From assembly GCA_051362555.1 (NCBI GenBank), contig CM120640.1:11160001-11224000 (forward strand): 64,000 bases of DNA, given 5' to 3'. Position 1 is the first letter of the stretch. Every line of letters starts with the position of its first letter. A model generated the notes under the pieces. The model worked only from the letters and a program-made list of their open reading frames with translations. It was not told where the DNA came from and searched no databases. The position numbers were made by a program, and so were the translations under genes. This document shows positions 31,254-47,639 of this stretch, piece by piece. This DNA comes from Lingula anatina (Eukaryota; Animalia; Brachiopoda).

Positions 31254-33679
31254 CTAAAAAGTCATTTCGCACAGCTGCAGCCCGCGCCCAGGGCTCTTTG
31301 GATTGATTCTCTGTAACGTGACATATTTCCCTTCTAACTCTCGGAGACAATGGACTGTTATCAGCCCTATGTTGCCGGAATGTTGGAATGAGGTACACAA
31401 AGTATTCTGATCAATGTCACTCGAGCCGTCGCCGAGGTTATTATTATAGTCTCCAACTCGGATTCGATAGTCGCCCGCCTGGAGACCTGGAAATCCATAA
31501 ATAAAAGTTGAAATATAAAAGTTAACGTTATGGTTTAAGGTGGCAAAACAAGTAGGCCCTATTTTATTTTTACCTGCAGTTAAACGATTTCGTGACCATC
31601 ATTCATGTTAATAGTACAGTTGCACCAGATCCAACGTCAAATGACCCCTACCCTTCTCCGAGAAATTCACAATTGAAAAAATGCATGTAGATGAATATGT
31701 CGTTTTCAAAGTAAGAAAGATTTTGAAGTGAAAAGGGAAAGTGACCGGCCTTGCAGATACCTCCAACAGGTCTTTCATAATGTGACGAAAGATATCCACA
31801 AAACACTAGGACAAACATCACAAAAGTTCTTATTCAGGAGAGGAAAGAAAACCCGACAGGGTTGCAACACCTGTTTGATATGATGTTTGTATATAAGAGA
31901 TATTTTAGGCCTATTTTTTTCATACTCAGAAATAGAACTTTTAAGTAAAAATAATGTCAATTTTATTAGAATTGAGTATTGTTATAGTAACTTATTGCAG
32001 TTTTATGAAAAAATCCCTTTAATTATTATTATTTCAGCCAGTCCTGTTTGGAGTAGGTTTTGAAGAAAGTTGGGGTTAATACTAACAATAATGATCAATG
32101 TGTTCTGCTTAATGGCAGCATGTAAGTGTTTTAAACAACCACCCTTTATAAAAATGTATGTTGTCAAAAGAAAAGAGATAGCAAGGATATTAAATAATTC
32201 AAGTATTTGTTACATTGAACAACACTTGCACTTTAGAGAAAAGAAATGTCTTTTAATGTGATTTCTTTATAGTGCCTTTCTATTATATGCGTAAGCCTGA
32301 AGGGTGTACGTCGTAAAGAAAACGACAGAGTAACCCCCCCCCCCCCCCCCCCCCCCACACACACACACAAACGGGACAGCAGTACCGCTTTGATGTTCCG
32401 TGTATCCTTTGTGGTCATTTCTAGAACCAGAACACACGGGTAGTGTGAACGTTTCTCTTCTCTTGAGGTTTGTTTGCAAATGTTGCATGCTTTTCTAAAA
32501 TATTGCAATCTAAAATACAACCTGCCATGCACAGATAGTTCGTTTGATTGATTGGGTAATTGCAAGACCAACGGTTCTATTGTAAATGATAGAAAATTCA
32601 GCATCCTTCGTTACTGACAACATCTCATAGAAATGCAGCTGCGCCGTTTTGATCAATATTTTTAATGCAGCTATTGTTTATGGTTTAAAAAATAGATCAT
32701 GGTCGAAAAAAAGGTTACCTATCATGTACTGCAATCAAGATGCGTGATGAAGCAACCTGAAATGGCCCAGTTTACGAATTATCCACAAGAAATTCAAGCT
32801 ATCAAACTGTTATTCATTCGTCTGTTCATTCTTTTCGTTTAAATTCGTCATCGCTTTCCCTGACTATTTACAGAACATGTACATGTAGAAGGTTATCGTT
32901 CATTTTTTCCCCTTTCATTTCCACGGATATAATAAAAACGCACTTATTTTTTTTCTTTGCGATCATTTTGATCTTTGACATACTATTTTAATTACTCCAT
33001 TTCATTAGTGGAAAATCAGTATATGGATGTTACAAATGTAATTTGATAAATAGAAAAGAAAAAAAAAAGACATTTGACGAAGCTGTTTCTGAGAAATTAG
33101 CAGATTAACAAGTTCAGTAATTTTTTAAAAGCGAAGTATGAAAAAATCCAATGGCAATCACATGCTTTGCATGATATACACATATCCAATAAGTTTTTAA
33201 GACCAATGCACTCATATGCATTTTTACAAAAATTCAAATATTTACATATACAATATATTTAATTTAATGGCAGCATGTGTGGGATTCTCACCTTGAAAAG
33301 TCAGCGAAGAGATTAGTTTCTTGTTGTCCAACTCGACTTTTAACCATGGTGTTGGTTCAATTCCCGACGTAAAGCAAGTTTCTGTATCGTTATCAAATGC
33401 CAGGGCTCCGTTGTCTGAATTCCAGTACGAACTTTGGTACACCTCCCAGCAGAAAACTGTTGAAACATTAATTCTCCGTTAATCAGTCCCTAATGTTATT
33501 GTCTAAAGCTTTGTGTGATTTATTTGATAAAAAAGCTTGAAAAAATCAATCATTAACTAGACCCCCTTCACAGAGAAACCTATAAATATTCACAGTTTAA
33601 ATTATTTCCAAGACGCTTCATGATACAAACCTTGGTAAAAGACAGGAAAAACGGCGAAGCACGCGCTGAAGAACTTCAT
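31254..33679 (-). CDS. Small secreted F-type lectin (fucolectin / F5/8 type C-like) single-domain protein, 3 exons, ~148 aa
   Basis: Exons 33631-33679 (MKFFSACFAVFPVFYQ), 33292-33456 (VFCWEVYQSS..LAFDNDTETCFTS..PWLKVEL), 31254-31486 (YRIRVG..NTLC..VHC..LEGKYVTLQ..LQLCEMTF*); phase-1 GT-AG introns join in frame. Exons 1 and 3 are absent from the ORF track. Confidence 0.85.
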
Positions 33680-34532
33680 GTTTTCAAAAGACATCACAGT
33701 CCAAAACTAAAATACGTCAAATAACGTGTCCAGATAAGTTCAGTGAATTTCTGAGATTCCGTCCAGCTATTTGTCTAGTCTTTTCATTGAGAGTCAATGA
33801 CTTAGTATCGATCGACTCTATCTTTAAATATAGTTTACTCGTTTTTTTTCCTTGAAAGTCAACTTCGCGATATGGTTCTTCGAAACATTCCATTTGACTA
33901 AGTGGTATTGTACCATAAGATTCTCACGTCAATCAATAGTATTTCGTCATGAAGCGAATATGCAATACCTTAATTCCATGATTACTGCACCTGATCATAT
34001 CTAGAATTGTGTCTTCATTAGTTCGTAGTAACCAATAAAAGCAATTTGTTACTAAGGTTCCTGGACAGCATTTTGTTAAGGACCCATTAATCTACAATAT
34101 TTTGCAAAAATTTGTACTGTGTAGATGGTATATTAATTGCGGCAATTAGTCATAAAGGAATAGTTTGGATTAAAGGGATTTCCTCTTTGCAGCTGCTTCA
34201 ATCTGGTGGATAATTGTGCGTGGAATGGCAAGGGTTTGATGTTGTGAGATGCGCCGTGCGTTTGAATCGACATTTCCCTAAATAACAATTCACAATATAA
34301 TTCACAATATGAATGCAACAGTCTTAGTTGGCAGTAATGTGCACCATATAGGATCGAGTTATTTTCTGTACTGCTATGTTCTTATTCTCCTCGCCGACAA
34401 TTCCAAGGTGTCAGTGCAATTTGAGTGCGATGTGGTAAGTAATTGTATTGATAGAATTTATAAACGGATATTTTCTTGGCATTTTTTCTGGTTATCTTTT
34501 TAAAATTCCTGTGCAGTTACACGTCAGGAGGC

Positions 34533-34690
34533 AGGCCCGTAGCCAGCAATTTCAAAATGGGGGTTATTTTTCTGAAAATGTGGACTTTTTACATCGAAAC
34601 CTTCGTGTACCTAGATAAAATTTTGCCCAGAGGGGACCTTTTCCTGGCAAAAGGGGGTTCTTTACCCCCCCCCCCCCGAGGGGGACGAGT
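34533..34690. mobile_element. Possible MITE fragment beginning aggcccgtagccag with a G/C-run end
   Basis: Only one plausible TIR seen. Confidence 0.3.
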
Positions 34691-35039
34691 CTGGGACGTA
34701 TTCCCTGTGTTTTGCGCATTAATCTTGTATTATTGTCTAAATAGACATCCTCGTCTTATAGAGTTTTATCCTTATGGCTAAATGATTGACCCCACCTAAC
34801 ACATAATCTCGCACCTTCCCTACAGTCGTGTGGCTATCTTGGATGATTTATAGCACTGCTGACACAAAAATGTCGTCGATGCAAAAAAAAAAAAAAAAAA
34901 AAAAAACAAGGCAGCAAAGCTGTCAAATGTACAGACAAAAAGCAGGAAATAACAAAATAGGCTACTGTCAATTCTGATGCAAAAGTACATTATGTTAAAC
35001 TGCATATTCAACAACAAATTCTAATTATGCTCAACAGGT

Positions 35040-37228
35040 AATACCAATGTAAGTAAAATGTGTAACAAACATAAGGCTTCAGGCCCATGGGAGTTCAAGT
35101 TCACCCTTTGAAAATGTAAAACTTCCAGGAAAAGAAGTCAATTAGACTGCTTTTCCAACTCAGGCTGCATTTTAGTCCTGTATTTCTTTTTTGAAAGTTT
35201 GGCAATCATAAGTAACATGGTTTTCCCATAATGGTCATCATGGCAGCAGCACCCAAAATTGTGTTTTCTTCTATTCTGATGCAAAATTACATAATGGTTA
35301 CCAGCATAATGACCATCAATTTTTAATAATAAAATATTAGTATCATGGATATTCAGAAAATGTGCCTAGCAAAGGTCTTCATGCCCATGGAACTTCAAAG
35401 TCACAACTTGAGAATGCCAAAATGTAAACAAGACAGCACTGTTCTGAAATGTTTTTTTTTCCATTTTTAACATTTTTTAACATAAAACAAAATCAACAGT
35501 TTACTGCCATTTTTATATGATCAACTAAAAAAATTGATGAGATGGGAAAAATATTAATAGAGCAGTGTTAAATGTCCAATTTCTTCCATTCTGAGATTCT
35601 GAACATAGTGAATGATTGAATCTGACAAACTGCAATGATATGAGTTTATTTCCATTTTTGCAACTTTATTACACAATACACGATAACAAATTAACCATCA
35701 TTTTTACAAAATCAACTAACAATGTTGTAAAGATGCAGGAAATGTCAAACAAACACTTTTAATATCTTATTAATTAAATAATGAAACTGTTAACATGCCT
35801 AAGAATTGAATCTGAGAAAATGTGAAAAAAACAACATAACTTCTAAAATAATGGCCTGATTATGCTGATCTTTTAACTCAACCTGCGTTTTAGAAGGATT
35901 GACCACTCCTGTGAGTTTAATGACAATTGGCCCATCTGTTTTTCTTATATTGTGTTTACAGTGTTGCATATATGCTGAAAAGTGAAAAAAAAGCATAACT
36001 ACTAAAATAGTGGCCTGATCATGCCGATTTTCTAACTTGACCTGCGTTTTAGTAAGATAGATTACTCCTGTGAGTTTCATGACAACAGGCCTATCGGTTT
36101 TCCTTGGAATGTGTTTACAGTGTTGCATATATGCTGAAAAGTGAAAAATAAAGCTTAACTTCTACAATAATGACCCGATCATGCTGATTTTCGAACTTGA
36201 CCTGCGTTTTATGAATATTCATCAGCTCTGTAAATATAAAGCCAAAAAGTAAAGCTGCCCTCCACTTATCGTGTTTACAATGAAAGTGCACGGCGCCGGC
36301 GACGGCGATGACGGGGACAACAGACGCAGGTGATGGCAATATGTACAGACACATCTATATATATTTACTGTACTAAGTTTGAGAACTGTAAGTGACATGG
36401 TTTTTCTTAAATGGTCATCATGGGAACAGTGCCCAAAATAGTTTTTTTTCAAATTTTGATGCAATATTACATAATGTTTAACAGCATAATGACCATCAAT
36501 TTTTAATAATAAAATATTAGTATCATGGATATTCAGAAAATGTGACTAGCAAAGGTCTTCAGGCCCATGGAACTTCAAAGTCACAACTTGAGAATGCCAA
36601 AATGTAAACAAGACAGCACTGTTCTGAAATGTTTTTTTTTTTTCCATTTTTAACATTTTTTAACATAAAACAAAATTAACAGTTTACTGCCATTTTTATA
36701 TGATCAACTAAAAAAATTGATTAGATGGGAAAAATATCAATAGAGCAGTGTTAAATGTCCAATTTCTTCCATTCTGAGATTCTGAACATAGTGAATGATT
36801 GAATCTGACAAACTGCAATGATATGAGTTTATTTCCATTTTTGAAACTTTATTGCACAATACACGATAACAAGTTTACCATCATTTTTACAAAATCAACT
36901 AACAATGTTGTAAAGATGCAGGAAATGTCAAACAAAAACTTTTACGTATCTTATTAGTGGCGATGGCGATGCTGATGCCTATGGCGATGCCGGCGCCGTG
37001 CACTTTCCTTGTAAACACGATAAGTGGAGGGCAGTTTTACTTTTTGGCTTTACATTTACAGAGCTGATGAATATTCATAAAACGCAGGTCAAGTTCGAAA
37101 ATCAGCATGATCGGGCCATTATTGTAGAAGTTATGCTGTTTTTTCACTTTTCAGCATATTTTTCACATTTCCTCAGACGCAGGTGATGGCAATATGTACA
37201 GACACATCTGTGTCTGTACATAAAAAAG
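35040..37228 (-). mobile_element. Rearranged HINE-like composite repeat (family H3) with direct and inverted internal duplications
   Basis: Direct repeat 35209-35772 / 36389-36957; three ~158-bp subrepeats 35815-36215; 36960-37172 is an inverted copy of ~36130-36310; terminal hairpin tatgtacagacac-atct-gtgtctgtacata next to an A-run at ~37193-37228. Confidence 0.6.
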
Positions 37229-37925
37229 GGGGAGAGAAAAAGTAAAGCATAATAAACAGTATCACATTAAAAGAAATGTGAAACGTGACAATGTACTTGT
37301 CTTTTCTACTGAAATTTCAAGCAGATGTTAAACAGTTCACTTTAAGGGCCTATAATTAGCCGTTTATTTAACTTTTTTTTGCCTTTGGTGACATATGCAC
37401 TGGTTCAGTATAATCCTTTTTCGAACATCTTCAATACACCATAATATCACATGTATGAATATATGTTTATAATAATGTTTTGAAATCATTCTACGCTTTC
37501 CTATGTTTCAGATGAAAATTGAGTTCAATGAAGATAAATATTCAATTGCATGTTTAAACAATCTTACAGGTCCCAACAATATATCATTATGCCTGCTTTA
37601 AACCAAAACTACAATTATCAATGGATGCAGTTAAGATATCCACACCAATCTCAATATATGTTGAAATATGACCAAATAAAGAACCGTTTTTCTTATAAAA
37701 AATTGCTCGATAAAAATCAGTTTACGGATGTGATCCGTAAAGACCCCTTTTGGCATAACTCATGACTGAAGTGTCATTCGCTTAAATCATGAAAAAAGAC
37801 TAAATGTCACCATTTTTTCTTTCTTTCTGATGTAAAACATAAGTCAATATGGATTTATAAATAAATAAATTGTGCAAACAACCCAAGTGCCACTTTAACA
37901 CCTGAGTGATCACAGGCAGTCAGGC

Positions 37926-40277
37926 TTATGTCGTCACGTCCTCATCCTCCTCTATGTCCAGGTCATCCAAATCTTCAAATAAACTTTCGTCCACCTCAAC
38001 AGCATCTCCCTCTGTAAAGAATAAGGTATAAGATAAACAAATAATTTAATCATTGCAAAAAGTGAAAATAAACAAATGAATATACTATTATTATCATAAT
38101 AATAATAATAATTACAATAATAAAAATAATAATAAGCAGTTAATTATTCAGTTACATGCATGTCTTACATAAGCCTAAGACCCCATTCCCATAGATATTT
38201 AGATCTATCTATCCCCCTGGGGAGTCTCACTAGATTGGTGTCAGCTTAACAGGCTTAAATGTCTGTCCCGCCTACTAAAAGCTGTAAGGGGGTAATAAAC
38301 TATGCTTGGCTGACTGCAATTTAGCGTGACCCCCAGGGAGTTAGGTCGATCTAAATCTAAATCTCTGGATCAATCTAAATCTCTTGAAATGCACTCTAAG
38401 ACATGACATGAACCAGCATCATCATTTTCACTTTTTCATATAAGCATACACTAATGGAGATCTATAAATGAATAACCTTGTATGTATTAGGTAGCTGTAT
38501 GAATTATGGCCATAGACTGTTATAGATGCCAAAAGCTTTTGGTATTTAATAAGTAACAAACCTTCTCCTTCTAAGAACTTTATATCTGAATCATCCATTG
38601 TGGAATCTCTCATAAATAGCTCCCTTCCTAGAATTCAAGATATCTTTTAAAAATAAATTAAATATTTATTGAAGCAATACATTGACATTTCTTTACATTA
38701 CTACATGTATTTAGGAATAAATTAAAATTGTACAATTTGTCTCTCTTTTTTCCTTTTTCATTTATTCATCCATTTACTTTTATTATATTATTTTGTAAAA
38801 TGTTATATACAGCTGTGCAATGGATAATAACACTGACTCATACCTGTTAACTTTTTAGAAACTTCACGCTGCAAACCTGCTTTACGTTTAGCTTCTGCCA
38901 ACTCTGCATCAAATGCAGTCTTCCATGCTAAAAATGTTTCTATCGTAACTTTTGTGCCTTCAAATTTTTTCTGGAAAAAAATTCGGATTAAAGTCAACAT
39001 GTAGCTGTAATGCCAAACATAAAACCAGGCTTCTTTCAGTCATCCTGAAGTAAATTTCACTATCACTGCCTTATTACAACACATATCAGGGAGCTGATCT
39101 CAGTACTATGACAGCGAAAAATTTAACCAAATGTCATAGTTATTAAGTCAATTTTTTATCTGAATCAAATCTTTCAGCTATTTGGCTAAAAGCTGAAAGT
39201 AAATCCAAGGGTAATATTTTTAAATCTACCTGTTCTAATTCTTCTAATTCTCGAGCTTTTCTTTCTCTTTCTTCTTCTTTTCTCTTCTTCCTCTCTTCTC
39301 TCATTTCAGTAAGTTTTTCCTGAGTTGCTGATACTATTGAGAAAACCATAACCATTCCTAAATTTTCTTCTACCTAAAAAAATATTTACAAAAGACATTT
39401 GCTTAAAGTCATTTACTTAAAAGAGAAAAAAGGTGCCAGTCTAGAAAAAAACAAAACAAAAGATATTACATAAGCATATCATAGATCAATTTCTTCAAAC
39501 ATATCTGATGCAATTTTGGCAAAAATCATTCCACTTGAATATAATATTACAGGGTGGCAACTATACCTGACTCTGCATGAACTGCAGTAATGAGTCTGTT
39601 TCCTGATCATCTAAGTTATTTGCATTCACAATTTCCATCAGTGGACCCTCATCTGGATATGAAGGCGTGTATGTAAATTGGACTGTAATTGAAACTGAAA
39701 TGAAAATTCATAATTGTAAATAATGTATTTTATAAAAGAACAATAATTTGAGCCACACACCTGTATAAGTACACGACAGTGCCCTACCTTTACTATTTTT
39801 GTGAAAAACATAATACCATTTATAAAATTAAAGTCAAGGTTACACATACATATGATATAATAAAATAATCATAACACTCACCACTTTCATCTTCATGATT
39901 TTCATTTGGCGAGTCTGTGATGTTTATATCAACAGTAAAAGTGTAAGGTTCTGTGCTTAGCACTAAAAATAAAAAAATAATAAAACAGTAGGACAAGAAC
40001 TATTGATATTCGTGTGTAAAGTTCACAATACTTCAACAAAATTGCAAAATAAATGAGACTGTGCATTGCAGCCACCCCGATTCATGGTCAAACTGCCGAA
40101 GTTAGTTTGTGAATCAGCTGAGCAAGTCATTCCACTAGTAAAACTCATAGTACTTAGGCCTAAACTTATACTAGCAAAGTCAAGGCGTTTCAGATCATCG
40201 TCACCTTTAATTTCATCTGGATAAATAGATTCTAGAGCTTCAATCTCGTTATCTTGTTCTTCTTTGTAGTCAGTCAT
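37926..40277 (-). CDS. RWDD1: RWD domain-containing protein 1, 7 exons
   Basis: Exons approx 40205-40277 (MTDYKEEQDNEIEALESIYP), 39882-39963, 39567-39693 (YPDE), 39230-39372 (ENLGMVMVFSIVSA), 38844-38970 (FEGTKVTIETFLAWK..KLTG), 38562-38627, 37926-38011 (VEVDESLFEDLDDL). Confidence 0.93.
38178..38397. mobile_element. MITE family A, copy 3 (RWDD1 intron)
   Basis: gaccccattcccatagat...ccctggggagtctcactag...ccccagggag; TAA near both flanks. Confidence 0.75.
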
Positions 40278-40446
40278 TTTAGGTAATGCAACCTGGAAAC
40301 AACTGCAATTTCCATCAGCAACACACGTTGTTGTCGGAAGTTGAATGGACTCTGTAGGAAGTTAAAATTTGGCATGCGCGAAAATTCACTTCCGACGACA
40401 ACAGCGTGAAAGTTGATATCAAAAGAAGTACAAGTGACTGGAAGAA
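40278..40446. promoter_or_regulatory. Compact bidirectional promoter RWDD1/TRAPPC3 with inverted ETS-like CGGAAGT sites
   Basis: 169 bp between the two ATGs; gtcggaagt at ~40333-40341 and acttccgac at ~40388-40396. Confidence 0.7.
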
Positions 40447-42323
<1,877 letters not shown>

Positions 42324-45300
42324 GAAAAAAGGAAAAAAAAAATGATGAAATCAATGGGGTGTTTTTTTTTAATCCAGCAGTGACTCATTATCATGTTAAC
42401 TATTTTCTTTGGTGAAGTTTTCTAAAATACACAAATGCATGTTAAATGAGTGTTAGATGGCTTTTACATTTAAGTATAGCAGAAAATTAATTTTGCCAGA
42501 AATTTCAACAGTTTTCCCCTAATCACCAAGGTTTTCCATATCCAAAGCAGCAAAAGAAATGCAATTCACAAACCCATCTTTCAGTTCCAAGTTTTTTCAT
42601 CAAGCTTGTAACATATTATGGGGACTGCTGAAATTGATCAATATAGAACACAACAAATAGGTTCATTGATTTTCAGAAAAATTAATTTTATGCCTACAAA
42701 GGTCTATGGTGCATTGTCTGCCATCATTGTTATATATATATATATATATATAAGTTGGTTGTAAAGATGTGCAGAACAACGTTTATACTTTGAGCAGAAC
42801 ACGGTGTGAAATTGCAAGTGAACAATGAAAACTTTGAAATTAGACTTAACATTCCATCTCAGACTAACCAACAAAGTAACACATGTCATCCATATTAAAT
42901 TGTGATCCTGGAAGTGGTTGGAAGCAAAGCTGTAATGATTCCTTTTTGTGAGGACAAATTGTTGATACATCTCCATTGCACTGTATTGGTCAAGTTGTCT
43001 GGTTTTAAAATAAGTGTATTTTATAATTTGTTTATCTGTTTTGAATATGTAAAATGTGTAATGGAAAATTTGATAAATAATTTCTGTATTCAGATGTTAT
43101 TTATTTCTTTTTTATAAGGATTATGATATATACAAAAATCAAAGACACATTAAAATGGGAACATTTAAACTGGAATGATATAAAACCATATTTCTTTCAA
43201 GGGGTAAAACATCTGCAAACTTGCAGCAACAGCGGCATTTCTGTGACTCATTGAAAGGTGAAAAATTATACAAAATACATGAATTATGATTACAGAAGCA
43301 AGGGCCAAGTGTAGCATATTATAAATTACTTGATCTGTTATATGCCGTCATATATTTAGAAGAGCTAAACACAACTTATTTTAAAGAAATGTGACACAGT
43401 GATGAAATGCTCTAGCTTTGCTTAGTAAATTCATTAACGACATAACATATAACAAAACAAAGGTTTGATCAACATGTCGAGTAGGCATGGCCATTGTTTC
43501 ATTGAATTAGAATGTAACTAGATCCTTACTACTAAAGCTACAATTTAACTAAGGTAGAATAGATTCAATTTCTGAAAATCATTATTGTACATTATAGCAC
43601 AGATCAAGAAGAACTGTAAAAAGCAAATTGCATGATTTAATGCAATTTCAGGTCATGTATGAATGCATTCCAATTGTTGCTGCTCATTATCCATGGACTT
43701 CTTTAGAAGCTTGAGTTATTTACATTACCAAAAAAGTAAGCATACCTGCATTAGGTCACAGTGAATTTATTTGCATTTTCATACTACACAGATTAGCCAT
43801 CTAACTTGCAGATTTTTATAATATTCTCAGAGGAAAACCATCTGAGTTAATTTTATGGTCAAAATAGGGTATTTTCAAGTCATGCCATCTACACCAATGT
43901 GACCTTGAAAACAAACAAGAGTGAAGAAGGATATTATCGGAGGAACTCCTCTGAAAATTTCTCTCATTTAACATTCACTTACGGTTTTGAATCTGTCCTG
44001 GAACATTTGGTGTATATTTTTTTACAGTTCTAATGTTCTGTACTGAATGTAACAGTTCAAGAACCGTTTTGGGGAAGTCCTTCAGAATATCTTAGAAAAG
44101 ATTAAGAACATTTTTCAATAAAAGAGAAAAATATATGTTCTAGAACAGATTGAAAACCATAAGTGAGTATTGAGAATTTTCGCAGAGCAATGAACTTTCA
44201 CTTTCATAAAACATTATTGTAAAGAGAAACTTTCTATTAGGGATAAAATTAGATACAATTAATTTTATGGGATGTTCAGATACAAGAACCCTTTTTCAGT
44301 GGAAAAGTACTATCTGACTTTATACAAGTGAGTGTGAAAGATTTTTTTTATTTTCATATTTTTGTTTTCATTTTCTCTTTATTTTCCTTCAGCATATCAG
44401 ACTGCTTATTTGAGTCATGCAATTTTCAAATTGATGAGACATTAATTTTTTTTCCATTTTTTTTTTCTGGGGTACCAGTTTCTTCCTTTGTTCAATATCT
44501 GAAAAGAGGAAGGGGATTGGAAGTTGGGAGGAGTTCTCTCACCTGTTTGAACTTTATGGTAGTGACTCGATCTTTGCAATGGGGGAAAATTGTGAATTTT
44601 ACGGATACTGTATTTTTTTTTTAAAAGTCATAATTTCTTACAATAAGTGGTTGCACCAAAGTTGAAAACCAGACCACCTTATAGTTCTGTTTATAGTTCT
44701 GCATTAAAAGCACCGCCAATGTTATACGAAAGACTTCTCATCCAACATTATTATTGTCCAAACTATACCTTTTTTACTCCGAAGCACGAATTTTTTGCTC
44801 CACGTTTTTCCGTGTTTTAAAAATGAAACTGAGAGCCCACTGTGACCCACTCCTAGAAAAAAAAAGCATGAAATAAATACATTGCTAACGCTTCTTAATG
44901 CCAAGTGCACAAATGTAAATAAATGAAAATAAAATGTAGAAGCAGATGAGTAAATTCCTTTCTATTAATTCTCAACTGATGAAGAAATTTTGGTATAAAG
45001 TAGACTGCGGGATGTCTTGCTTGTAGCGCTACCTATAAATTTTGACCAATGCAGAAGACTTCCGGGTTAGCAGCTGACTCGTACTACTCGAACTGCAGTG
45101 TAAGACTTGCGGTTGAGTGGGAAATTTTGATTACTGTGTAAAAGTAAGATGAAGCACTTCAACACAGCACTACCCAAGTGGAAGTGATCGTCAATCATTT
45201 TAGGTTAAAACCAGTGAGATATGATGTTGTAAAGTTTTGGCATGTGATTGTAAACTTGAAAGTTGGAGGTGAGTCGATTGGCTTTTTCATTTTCATTGAT

Positions 45301-45813
45301 TTTATTTTTGCGTGAAGGAGGAAAGTGAAAGTTGCAGATTAGAAGTCACTAAAATTTTGTTAATTCATGCCATGAGATATCAGTTTCTTAGATGATAAAG
45401 TTACCAGAGTTGATACTAGTACAATGTGCATTGTAACTTGGAAGTTGTCTTTTGTTTGTAAAAAAGAAAATAAAAAGAAAGATTTTGGCTGCCTACCATG
45501 TGCGATTTTTTTAGGATGTAAGAATGCTGCAATAAAAAGAACAGAGGAAAGATTAAAGAGTGGCTATTTTAACCTGGCTGAAATTGCTCACATATGTCCG
45601 AAAATATTTTATTGTCCAGTGTTTGCACCTGGACATAGTTGTATGTATTTTCAAGTTATTCCATGTTTTTTATACAAATAGGCATTGAAATGCATTTCAT
45701 ATATAGATATACCTGTGAACTAGTATTTTTGAAGGTGAAATTTTAAGTGAGAGTAGATTAGACATAATTTGATAAACCTTATTTCTAATTTAGTTTCCAG
45801 CAAAGTGGTCAAA

Positions 45814-47560
45814 ATGATGGCAAATAACCAAGGGGATGGTACCCCAGATTTTGATAGTCCTGGCCGCATGTTGAGCCAAGCTGCCATATATGATAACTCA
45901 GACCTTATGAACTGCCTGCTTCAAGGTGAAGAAGCCCAGCATATTAACATCCAGGACAACTTTGGTAGAACTGCTCTTCATACAGCTGTAACCAATAACA
46001 GTTTCAATTGTTTCAAAATTCTGATAGAAAGAGGAGGTTGGTTTGTGCTTTTTTCTTCTCTTTTAAAAATATTTAGATATATTTTTTATTTCTTACTATT
46101 CTCAACAACCAAAGTTATTGAAAGATTAATTATTTACAACAGCATGTACCAGTAGATGTTTTTAATCTATTTGACTGATGCTACAAAGAGATTTGATGCC
46201 TTGATCTAAAATGATAAAATCCACATAAATTAAACTGATTACATTAAAGACTACAAAGAAACATTGAAAAATGTGCCTTTAGCTTGCACATAAATGTAGT
46301 CCTACAACAAATGAAATTTCCCTTTTTAAGATGCTAGTAGTTGCACATGTTTGGTCAAATCTCTGGTTAATCATTCACTATGTCATCATCCACTGATCAT
46401 GTAGATATTACAAATGAGATAAGCCATATTTAGCAGATAATTATTTTGAAATTAGCAACTTATTCTAGAAACTATGTGCAGTATTATGAACATTTTTATC
46501 AGTTACAGTAGCTGAAAAACAAGTGTTAGGCGAATTTCATAGTGCCATTCCTTTTTTTTTTAGCTGATCCAAACATAGCATGCAGTGAAAAATTTGGCTG
46601 TATGGTAAGTTATGTAAATCACAAAATTGAAAAGATTCATTGACTGTTGACACAATATTTGAATTTTTAAACTGGTGAATATTTTAAGAAATATATTTCA
46701 AAATGTGGAACCAAAATGTTTTTATTAGACTCCTCTCCACCAAGCGGCCCTTGATGGAAAAACAGATTTCCTGAGGATCCTGCTAGAACATGGAGCGGAC
46801 ATTGAGAAGGAAGATGCCAGTGGTGACACGCCTCTTTCTTTGGCTCATGTCAATAACAATACAGAATGTATCCAGCTGCTGAATCTGGAAGCAGGTATTG
46901 TAAAGCACTGACATGTTTTTTTATGTCAATTTGTATATGAGCAAATTCCTCTTTAAAATGGGTTATTTATTTAAATCTGATATGCTGAATATATTTTTTC
47001 CTGTCAAAAGGTAATGATGTAATCTAGTTTGTAGCTATTATTTCTTGCACCAGAAGTACACAGTAAATACATGCCCCAACATTTATTTTTTCATGGTAGA
47101 AAGAAGAAGAGAGAGAAAACAGGAGGAATTTCAGAGTATGTTGAATTTAAAGGTCCATCACTTCAGTGATTAAAATAACACATTTGTCTGTCAAGGCTTA
47201 TATAAATTATTTGATGTCTTAACACCAAATGAACATAAGAAATATTTAAGTCGTTTTGCTGATATCTTGGGTTCATTATCATTATCATACAGATGAACAG
47301 AAGAGGGTTAAAGATATTTTCTGAAATTGAATTTTAAATTGACATATTATTTTTTCATAGCTTTGCTGAAGTATTGCCAAGATGGAGATGTGAATAAAAC
47401 AAATGAGATTTTGAATGAGCTGGGTGAAAATCTTAAATCATTTCAAAGGTTCAGCACACCTGATTCTCATACTCTATTATACAGGTAATTTTAAAGAATT
47501 CACCATCAGGCTCTGTCAGAATGAACTTGATGCCAACTCCCACTTAAAAGACTACAAAAA

Positions 47561-47639
<79 letters not shown>

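Noticed and set aside
32233-32604. ORFs with poly-Gly inside the F-type lectin intron
   Set aside because: Produced by a poly-C/(CA)n tract; exon 2 already splices in frame to exon 3.
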